In this document: positions 56,698 to 64,000 of the stretch, in pieces
Position numbering within the stretch: the stretch's first letter is position 1
Layout of the letters: each line of letters opens with the position of its first letter
Assembly (NCBI GenBank): GCA_963767115.1
Contig: CAVYCR010000005.1
Coordinates: forward strand, 89,582 to 153,581
Reading direction: 5' to 3'
Origin: Candidatus Kaiserbacteria bacterium
Lineage (GTDB): Bacteria > Patescibacteriota > Minisyncoccia > Phycocordibacterales > UBA2100
Length of the DNA: 64,000 nt
Program-made: the position numbers and the translations under genes
Notes under the pieces: generated by a model
The model's database searches: none
Seen by the model: the letters and a program-made list of their open reading frames with translations, nothing else
What the model was told of the DNA's origin: nothing

Positions 56698-59600
56698 ATG
56701 CTCTGGCTATGGAACTTCTTCCTCGAACGTAGGCAATTCAGCTACGTCCTCATCACTGCGCTTATCATCGCGGGTCTGTATTCGCTCGTAGAAATTCCTA
56801 AGGAGAATTACCCCGCCATCGTCATCCCCGACGGCATTGTCACTGCGACACTCCCCGGTGCTTCCGCCGAAGACATGGAGACACTCGTCACCGACAAGCT
56901 CGAAGACCAGATCTCCGGCCTCGCCAACATCGACACCGTCACCTCCAACTCAAGCGACGGACTCTCCGAGATCACCGTGCAGTTTGACGCAAACGCCGAC
57001 ATCAACCAATCGATCCAAGACCTCCGAGATGCGGCAGCCAAAGCGGTACCCAACCTTCCCTCGGACGCGACTACGCCGCAGGTCACCAAGGTCGACTTCA
57101 GCAACCAGCCGATCCTCGTGGTCTCTATCTCGAGCGACCTGCCGCAGACGGAGCTCTCGGACCTCGGGCAAGTGGTGCAGACCGATCTGCAAAACGTGCC
57201 CGGCGTCTCCGAGGTCGACGTGGCCGGCGTGCCGCCGCGCGAGGTCGACGTGATCGTCGATCAGCAGGCACTCCAGCAATATAGCTTGAGTCTCTCGAGC
57301 GTCATTCAGGCGATCTCCGCGAGTAACGCGGCAGCACCAGCGGGCGACATCTCGATGAACGGCGTGAATTACGATGTCAATTTCAAGGGAGGCATTACCG
57401 ACCCGTCGCAGATCGAAGACATCGCGGTGGGGTCTCACAACGGCGCAGTGATCTACCTGCGCGACATCGCGACGATCAGCGACGGGCTCGCGACACCCAC
57501 GACGTATTCGCGCCTCTCGATCGGCGGCAAGCCCAGCAACCAAGCAATCGCGCTCACGATCTACAAGCAATCCGGCGCGAGCATCCAAGGCACCGCAGGC
57601 GCAGTCGAGACAGAACTCAAGACCCTGCAGGTAACGACCTTGAGCGGCACCGACGTATTCATCTCGCCCTCGACCGACCAAGGCGCACAGGTCGGCAAGC
57701 AGCTCGGCGACCTCTCCAAGACCGGGCTTGAGACAGTGGCACTCGTGATCATCGCGCTTCTGCTTACGATCGGCTGGCGCGAATCCTTGGTCGCCGCGCT
57801 TGCAATCCCGCTCTCCTTCCTCATCGCATTCATCGGCCTCTACCTCACGGGCAACACGCTCAACTTCATCTCGCTCTTCGCGCTCATTCTAGCAGTCGGC
57901 ATCCTGGTCGACTCCGGCATCGTGGTCACCGAGGCGATACATGCGCGCATGCGCATCTATGGCGACAAGATGCAGGCCGCACACGCAGCGCTCCACGACT
58001 ATGCATGGCCCTTGATCGCCGGCACGATGGCGACCGTCGCGGTCTTTGCACCACTCTTTTTCATCTCGGGCATCGTTGGCAAGTTTATCGCCGGTATTCC
58101 CTACACGCTCATCTTCGTCTTGATGGCATCGATCTTCGTAGCGCTCGGCATCGTACCCTTGATCGCCGTTCTCTTCACCAAGAAAGATGCCAACCGCATG
58201 GAGAAGATCCAGGAAGAATATACCGATCGCATCACGCACTGGTATACGCGCAAGCTCCGCGCACTGCTCGAGAGCCGCCGCTCCCAAAACATTTTCATCT
58301 GGACGCTTGTCGTACTGCTTTTACTCTCGTTCACCCTCCCCTTCACCGGCTTGGTACAAGCGGTCTTTTTCCCGCAAGACGATCAGGACTACATCTATGT
58401 AAACATCGAGACGCCCGAGGGCACCGCGCTCGCGCAGACCGACCTCGCCGCGCGCGAGGTCGAGGAGGTGCTCTACAGCGATCCGTACATCGCTTCCTTC
58501 CAGACGACCGTCGGAGAAAGTTCTGCGCTCTCCGGCGCGGGCAGCTCCGGCAGCAACCAAGCCAACATCACCGTCAACCTTCCGACGAAGCGTTCGCTCA
58601 ACTCGACGCAGATCGCGGCCGACCTGCAGACCCGCCTTGCACCGATCACCGACGCGCAGGTGCAGGTCTTGCAGGCCAACAACGGACCGTCTTCGGGCGC
58701 GCCGATCCAGATACAATTCGAAGGCAACAGCCTCGACGACGACATCACCGCCGCCGACAAGGGAGAGCAGCTGCTTTCGACCGTTCCCAACGTTACCAAC
58801 ATCACCTCCACCACGCAAAACAACGGCACCGAGTTTGACCTGACTGTAGACCGCGCGAAGGCCGCGGCCTTCGGCCTCACCACCGCGCAGATCGCGCAGA
58901 CTCTCGGCGCTTCAGTGCAAGGCGCGAAGGCCACCACCATCACCGAGCCCAACCAAAACATCGACGTGATGGTGAAGCTCAACCTCAACCCGAACTACCA
59001 AGACCCGTCGCAGACCAACCAGACGACGATCGACAGCATCTTGAACCTCACCGTGCAAGGCGCGAACGGCCCGGTCTTGCTCGGCGAAGTGCTCGATGAA
59101 AACCTCGGGGTGGCCAACGCCGCGATCGCGCACAAGGACAAGAACCGCATCGAGACCGTCTCCGCATACCCCGACGATAAGACGACGACGAGCGCGGTCG
59201 TGGCACAGTTCCAGAAAGAGCTGCCGAAGCTCGGCCTCCCATCGGATGTCACCGTCTCCTACGGCGGCGAGACGCAGGACGTCAACCAATCCTTCGAGCA
59301 GATGTTCATAGCGCTCATCGCGGGCCTTGCGCTCATGTTTATGATCCTCATCATCGCCTTCAACTCGATCCGCTACACGCTCTACCTGCTCTCGATCGTG
59401 CCGCTCTCGCTCATCGGCGTCCTCGACGGCCTCGCCTTCACCGGGCAGCCCGTATCGTTCACCTCGCTCCTCGGCATCATCGCCCTCGGCGGTGTCATCA
59501 TCAACCACGCGATCATCCTCATGGACTCGATGATCCATCATCTGCGCGCGGAGCCCGATAAGCCGATCATCGACATCGTCGTCGAGAGCGCCGCCACGCG

Positions 59601-59784
59601 CCTGCGCCCGATCGTCCTCACGACCGTCACGACCGTGATCGGCATGATCCCGCTCGCCTTCTCCAACGCCTCGTGGGGCCCCTTCGCCTACGCGGTCATG
59701 TTCGGCCTCTCCTTCGCGATCTGCCTTACGCTCGTCCTCGTACCCGTGCTCTTCTTCCGCGCTCCGCACAAGAAAGAGGTTTGA
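56698..59784 (+). CDS. RND family efflux transporter permease (AcrB/AcrD/AcrF type)
   Basis: 1028 aa. Has a 12-TM duplicated architecture with two large periplasmic loops. Confidence 0.9.
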   Translation: MLWLWNFFLERRQFSYVLITALIIAGLYSLVEIPKENYPAIVIPDGIVTATLPGASAEDMETLVTDKLEDQISGLANIDTVTSNSSDGLSEITVQFDANADINQSIQDLRDAAAKAVPNLPSDATTPQVTKVDFSNQPILVVSISSDLPQTELSDLGQVVQTDLQNVPGVSEVDVAGVPPREVDVIVDQQALQQYSLSLSSVIQAISASNAAAPAGDISMNGVNYDVNFKGGITDPSQIEDIAVGSHNGAVIYLRDIATISDGLATPTTYSRLSIGGKPSNQAIALTIYKQSGASIQGTAGAVETELKTLQVTTLSGTDVFISPSTDQGAQVGKQLGDLSKTGLETVALVIIALLLTIGWRESLVAALAIPLSFLIAFIGLYLTGNTLNFISLFALILAVGILVDSGIVVTEAIHARMRIYGDKMQAAHAALHDYAWPLIAGTMATVAVFAPLFFISGIVGKFIAGIPYTLIFVLMASIFVALGIVPLIAVLFTKKDANRMEKIQEEYTDRITHWYTRKLRALLESRRSQNIFIWTLVVLLLLSFTLPFTGLVQAVFFPQDDQDYIYVNIETPEGTALAQTDLAAREVEEVLYSDPYIASFQTTVGESSALSGAGSSGSNQANITVNLPTKRSLNSTQIAADLQTRLAPITDAQVQVLQANNGPSSGAPIQIQFEGNSLDDDITAADKGEQLLSTVPNVTNITSTTQNNGTEFDLTVDRAKAAAFGLTTAQIAQTLGASVQGAKATTITEPNQNIDVMVKLNLNPNYQDPSQTNQTTIDSILNLTVQGANGPVLLGEVLDENLGVANAAIAHKDKNRIETVSAYPDDKTTTSAVVAQFQKELPKLGLPSDVTVSYGGETQDVNQSFEQMFIALIAGLALMFMILIIAFNSIRYTLYLLSIVPLSLIGVLDGLAFTGQPVSFTSLLGIIALGGVIINHAIILMDSMIHHLRAEPDKPIIDIVVESAATRLRPIVLTTVTTVIGMIPLAFSNASWGPFAYAVMFGLSFAICLTLVLVPVLFFRAPHKKEV

Positions 59785-59858
59785 CTACCGATGCGCACTC
59801 TGGTTAACTAAGGCTCGGAATCTGCACAGAAGCAGTTGCCTTACAGTGGAGAGCGCAC

Positions 59859-60509
59859 ATGACAGGGTCAATACTAGCGGCTACATCACACGCGACAGCC
59901 AAACGTCGAGGCCTCCTTGCCGATACAGCTGATCAAGCAAGCAGGGTCGCCGCTGCAAAAGAAGCAAATCGGCTGAGAGAGTTGCAGCTGAGGCAACTGA
60001 GACGCAACCAGATCAAAGAACGCGTGCGTCTCGCACTGAAGGGACTGGCTAGGCTGAGCCAATACGGCCTTTCTCAGGAGTTCCAGTCGCTCATTACGGC
60101 ACAAAAGAGACCTCTCAGGCTCTGGGGTGGTGTTGAGAGATCTTGTGCAGGCGGCGACATGAGCGACATCGTCTGGATGTATTTTAACTACATCGATTTG
60201 ACCGCAACGAGCATTGAGCTGCGAAATGATGTGGAAACGAGCGCTGACTTTGGATCAAATTTTCGTCCGCATCCGGCTGTTGAAAGGGATTATTTATCCT
60301 TTCCCTATGCGGACGGTAGATTCTATTTGCGAGCGAAGGCAATGATGCGGATCGCGAGACCCGAAGCATTTGATCTACAGGGAGCTCAGTGCCATGAAGA
60401 CATAGGAGACTGGAACGAACGGTATTCCGTTCATGTGCTCTTCGAGATTCTGGTTCGGTGCGCTGACGCAAGGAAGTTCGGCAGACTTGTGCGCACTGCG
60501 ATGCAATAA
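59859..60509 (+). CDS. hypothetical protein
   Basis: ORF track only. Confidence 0.35.
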   Translation: MTGSILAATSHATAKRRGLLADTADQASRVAAAKEANRLRELQLRQLRRNQIKERVRLALKGLARLSQYGLSQEFQSLITAQKRPLRLWGGVERSCAGGDMSDIVWMYFNYIDLTATSIELRNDVETSADFGSNFRPHPAVERDYLSFPYADGRFYLRAKAMMRIARPEAFDLQGAQCHEDIGDWNERYSVHVLFEILVRCADARKFGRLVRTAMQ

Positions 60510-60661
60510 TCCGGCATGAACACACATCAAGGCCGCCTCGTGCCCTCGAGACGGCCTTTTCATGTTTGTTGCGATAGCGAGATTCAACCATGCTGCGTAC
60601 GTGTTTATGCTGGCAGGTTCTTATGGATGGTTTTCTAGTATAGAAAAACAGACCGCCCCTT

Positions 60662-61267
60662 TTATGTAGGCGGTCTATTGGCTCTCATTTGTTCTCCAAG
60701 ATGAACGATGGTTTTCCCAAGAATACGTAATTCTTGATTCGGACGCAGGAATTTTTCCTCACTCAAGCGAACGATCCGCTCTCCTTGGAATATCTCAAGA
60801 CAGGCCTGGTATTCATTCGTACCCAGTACCGGAGTAAGCATGTCGGCGCTGCCGGTCAAGAAGTCCTGATACGTTTGTGGAGTGAGTAATTCAATACCCG
60901 CACAAGAGAACAGCATTGCCGTCGCAAAACCGTCGCACCAGTATTCGATTTCTCGGAAAGCTTTCACGCTCTGATTCTCATATGACGGGAAGAAAAAGCT
61001 GCCCGCATTCGCAAAGAGACAGTAATGCGCCAGCTCGTGATACATCAACATGTGCTGCAACAGCAGCCACGAGCTTTGAGAGACCTCGATAGACCATCCT
61101 TTGTCGCCACGGTTATATAGATATGCCCTGAACAACGGTATATCCGTCAGTAAGACTGGTATTCCGAGCTTTTCGCAGAGAATCCCGGCAGGAGTCTTGC
61201 GGTGGGTACTGTATAAATCGAAAAGCCAACACAGGCCCCTCATTCCCTCTTGAGAATTTGAGAACAT
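60662..61267 (-). CDS. putative HExxH metallopeptidase (ImmA/IrrE-like)
   Basis: MYHELAHY motif. Confidence 0.45.
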   Translation of the reverse strand: MFSNSQEGMRGLCWLFDLYSTHRKTPAGILCEKLGIPVLLTDIPLFRAYLYNRGDKGWSIEVSQSSWLLLQHMLMYHELAHYCLFANAGSFFFPSYENQSVKAFREIEYWCDGFATAMLFSCAGIELLTPQTYQDFLTGSADMLTPVLGTNEYQACLEIFQGERIVRLSEEKFLRPNQELRILGKTIVHLGEQMRANRPPT

Positions 61268-61412
61268 CCACTACTCCTTTGTTCACTTCCTCGGGCAAAG
61301 TAGCATTGAGCCTATGGAAAATCAATGCATAGGATCTTATGGACTATTCACTTGAATATAACTCTCATTAGAGGTAATAATATGATTAGGAAAACAAGGC
61401 AAGGAGATTTCG

Positions 61413-61913
61413 GTGATCGAAATTACCATAACAGGTGAGCCCACCGGCCGAAAAGCACTCATATACGAACACGTTGGCCGAAAGGGTCGCCGTGCATACG
61501 TGCCTACCTATGTTGCGCAAGTGCATCACAAGCCGTCGGGCCGGATTTTGATGTTTGCCGTTGTGCGGGATTCTTCAGCGCAAGTATTTGAGGGGTTGAG
61601 GCAGCGATATTCTGAAGACGGCGAATGCCCTCCATCTGCCATCGAACCATACCACGGGTTGATACGCGAAGATGGGCCTGTTGGCTTTCGGATACAGCTT
61701 TTCGAAGCAAAACATAACGACAAAGCCACGCTCATCGGGCAAGGCCGTATCAAGCGCAAACACATTCAAATCCATTTCGGAGCGGCCGCATCACATGGCT
61801 GCTTGATGGTTGCAGGTCGGCGGCGTCAGTATCCGAGACATTTCGCAAGGCCGATTCGCACAATGTTTGCGAGTACGCCAACTATTCGTGTCATCGTTCA
61901 AACACGACGATGA
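61413..61913 (+). CDS. hypothetical protein (possible DUF5675/YkuD-like, ..IHFGAAASHGCLMVAG..)
   Basis: Weak motif resemblance only. Confidence 0.4.
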   Translation: MIEITITGEPTGRKALIYEHVGRKGRRAYVPTYVAQVHHKPSGRILMFAVVRDSSAQVFEGLRQRYSEDGECPPSAIEPYHGLIREDGPVGFRIQLFEAKHNDKATLIGQGRIKRKHIQIHFGAAASHGCLMVAGRRRQYPRHFARPIRTMFASTPTIRVIVQTRR

Positions 61914-61968
61914 AATCACTATTCACGCGCCTTATTGGGCGCGTGTTTTTGTAGAGTATACTGTGCTC

Positions 61969-62370
61969 ATGTTCGGCATCGTAGTCGCCTACCTCATCAC
62001 GATACCAATCATGATCGGCTTCGACGCCACGTGGATCGGCTTCATTATGAAAGGCTTCTACCAGTCGCGCCTCGCGCCATTTCTCTCGGGAGAGATCAAC
62101 TGGTACGCGGCGATCATCCTCTATATCATCCTCGCCTTCGGCGTCTTCTACTTCGCGAGCTACCCGGCATTTCTCAAGCACTCGCTCATGAGCGCAGTAC
62201 TTAATGGTCTTTTGGTAGGCTTCGTGGTCTATGCCGTCTATGACCTGACCAATTTCGCGACCTTCGCGCACTACCGGAGCGACTTCGCCTTCGTTGACAT
62301 AGGCTGGGGCACCTTCCTCTCGGGCCTCGTCGCTGCGATCGGCTACGGGCTCCTGAGCGTGCTGGTCTAA
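61969..62370 (+). CDS. DUF2177 family membrane protein
   Basis: Four TM helices and a ..YDLTN.AT.. motif. Confidence 0.6.
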   Translation: MFGIVVAYLITIPIMIGFDATWIGFIMKGFYQSRLAPFLSGEINWYAAIILYIILAFGVFYFASYPAFLKHSLMSAVLNGLLVGFVVYAVYDLTNFATFAHYRSDFAFVDIGWGTFLSGLVAAIGYGLLSVLV

Positions 62371-62474
62371 TAGGTAGATCTTGAGCGAGATGTGTCTCAC
62401 AAAGGCGTTTCCTTTCCTATCCCCTGGTGCTAGAGCTGCTGTAGATCTTCCTACTTCTTCTTACGGAGGCTGTC

Positions 62475-62786
62475 ATGCATGACTGGATCTTCGCACTCTG
62501 CCTAATCACGCTCACATTTGCGGGTATAGGATCCTTTCTCTTAGACACCGAAAGAAAATGGCTGTGCTATTCGACTTGGATCACCACGGGGCTATGTATG
62601 CTGGCACTGGTAATTCTCGTTGCGATAGACGAGGCTAATACCGGCGAAGAAGTTGATTGCTTCGCCAAGCTTACACTGCACCTTCTTGTAGCTGCCATAC
62701 TGGTTTGTGGCATATGGTTCCCGATCAAATGGAGATTCTGTCCGGACGAAGAATTCGTCCCCTATAAAAGTAAGAAAAGGAACTAG
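62475..62786 (+). CDS. small membrane protein
   Basis: The ORF is followed by a terminator hairpin (agtcccgc/gcgggact + T-run) at about 62797-62830. Confidence 0.45.
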   Translation: MHDWIFALCLITLTFAGIGSFLLDTERKWLCYSTWITTGLCMLALVILVAIDEANTGEEVDCFAKLTLHLLVAAILVCGIWFPIKWRFCPDEEFVPYKSKKRN

Positions 62787-62897
62787 TCTGGCCCAAAAAC
62801 AAAGTCCCGCATCTCGCGGGACTTTTGAATATGCTGATTTGAATAAAAAATCCGGTGCGGATCGAACCGCACCGAATGTTGTACAAGATACTCGCGA

Positions 62898-63185
62898 CTA
62901 CCAGCGATTGCCATAACTCCAGTTTGATAAAGGCGTCACTTTTCCGTCGATCTCCTTCCTTCGTGCTACTGCCGTCTCCGTCTCGCGGATCTTCCGGAGC
63001 ATCAGCTGCCCCACATCGGTCCCTGACGCACGCGCTTCCGCAATCAACGATCTCCTCTTGTTTTGACGCCGAGCGCTTTTGCGTAGTAAGGTTTGACGCT
63101 GTGCTTCGGAAATCACGTGGGATTTCGCTCTGACTTTCCGCTTGCGTCTCGAGACCCGTTTCATACCCATGGTACCCTCCTTCAA
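62898..63185 (-). CDS. small highly basic protein
   Basis: ORF track. A terminator-like hairpin lies downstream at about 62849-62875. Confidence 0.35.
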   Translation of the reverse strand: MKEGTMGMKRVSRRKRKVRAKSHVISEAQRQTLLRKSARRQNKRRSLIAEARASGTDVGQLMLRKIRETETAVARRKEIDGKVTPLSNWSYGNRW

Positions 63186-63230
63186 AAACCTCCGAACGTG
63201 TGGCGTATTTATGGCATCATGTCGACCTTA

Positions 63231-63560
63231 TCACTCGATCTTTCGGTTATGCTGGCTTCGCTCTTCGCCGGCCATCTTATTGAGATGACTGACGAGTGCA
63301 GTGTAAGCTGCACTCCAGCTGTCTATGCCGAGATCTTGCGGCGGTACGATATAGTACCGCTCTACGATAGATCCAATTGCGGTCAGTAATTTCGTAGTAT
63401 GACCGCCTTTCTCCAATTCTTCCCGGGCGCCCTTAAATTGATTGCCGAGATCGCCGTCACAGACGATCGCGGAGGCATTGCTGACATGGCTGTTCTGTAG
63501 ATACTCAAGAATCTCGTTTACGGCCAAATTGTATGGCCCGTACTGGTTTCGTCTAGACAT
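63231..63560 (-). CDS. hypothetical protein
   Basis: ORF track only. Confidence 0.4.
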   Translation of the reverse strand: MSRRNQYGPYNLAVNEILEYLQNSHVSNASAIVCDGDLGNQFKGAREELEKGGHTTKLLTAIGSIVERYYIVPPQDLGIDSWSAAYTALVSHLNKMAGEERSQHNRKIE

Positions 63561-63618
63561 GCACGTTCTCCTGTCTGTGCGGTGACCGCCGGTGAATATA
63601 TCAACTGGAGATCGTATG

Positions 63619-64000
63619 TCAAAGAGTATCCTTTAGCACCAATGCCCGTTCCATGAGGTGATCACCGACGATTCCCCAGTCGAAATACTGCTTGTATTCG
63701 GCCGGATCGATGAGTTTTATCTCCGTAATGTCGCCATCGGGGTCAGCGACGAATGCTCCGTACGGCTCGACGATGCATACCGAACGCGTTTGGGTAATGG
63801 TTTTCTCGGACTCGGTAATATCTTGAAAGCCTATCAGGGCATGCTTGAGCACGTGCATATTTGATTCTTCTTTTATTTCTCTCACGACCGCTTCTTCAAC
63901 AGTCTCACCCGCCTCTACCCCGCCGCCCGGCGGAGTCCAAGACCCTTTGGACGGCGCATACACTACGACGAGTTTGCCCTCGCAAAAGCAGTACGCATGC
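63619..64000 (-). CDS. NUDIX hydrolase (5' end beyond the window)
   Basis: Nudix box GGGVEAGETVEEAVVREIKEESN. The reading frame stays open to position 64000. Confidence 0.8.
   Translation of the reverse strand, partial: HAYCFCEGKLVVVYAPSKGSWTPPGGGVEAGETVEEAVVREIKEESNMHVLKHALIGFQDITESEKTITQTRSVCIVEPYGAFVADPDGDITEIKLIDPAEYKQYFDWGIVGDHLMERALVLKDTL

Noticed and set aside
58912-59769. 285-aa minus-strand ORF, plus several others, inside the RND gene
   Set aside because: These are antisense shadow ORFs of a GC-rich 3.1-kb gene, with an Asp/Arg/Glu-rich composition.
62849-62875. T-arm-like hairpin (GGTGCGG-ttcgat-CCGCACC on the minus strand)
   Set aside because: It has a 6-nt loop and no remaining cloverleaf. 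It is followed by a T-run on the minus strand, so it is most simply the terminator of gene 62898-63185.

Overview
All calls were made by eye from the sequence and the ORF track. No BLAST, HMM or folding was run, and frameshift coordinates are approximate to a few nt.

Layout:
- 1-13.3 kb: a minus-strand type IV pilus (T4P) super-operon. It holds ligA (5' part), four minor pilin-like genes, pilD, three pilins, pilC, pilT, a receiver-domain gene, pilB, and PilO/N/M-like genes.
- 13.4-34.3 kb: a DGR-target paralog, an IS1595-family copy, then small housekeeping and accessory genes (phhB, comF, SWIB, pyrF, ECF sigma, Ldt-DacA fusion, radC, alaX, DinD and others).
- 34.4-54.8 kb: a mosaic mobile/defence region stacked against tRNA-Ser(GCU).
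- 54.9-64 kb: an MFP-RND efflux pair and small accessory genes.

Gene content (SWIB, ComF, compact T4P, DGR, many small genes) suggests a CPR/Patescibacteria-like bacterium. This is inference only.

Most notable observations:
1. A complete diversity-generating retroelement (RT 44949-45989, Avd 45922-46302, TR 46329-46443, VR 46766-46880). All 19 TR/VR differences fall at TR adenines. A second VR-bearing paralog lies 33 kb away (13531-14004).
2. A C10 tract sits in the overlapping 5' ends of avd and RT.
3. Serial att-like scars (degenerate tRNA-Ser 3' fragments) partition the island into cassettes. These carry an orphan Abi/UG-like reverse transcriptase with a 460-nt structured upstream region, two low-GC unknown genes, a type IIG R-M enzyme, a ParB-methylase pair, and a large serine recombinase plus a truncated duplicate.
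4. Eleven single-nt frameshifts are confined to pilC, pilT and pilB, while flanking genes are intact.
5. A palindromic heptamer-repeat module is embedded in the 33-aa leader-coding region of two minor pilins.
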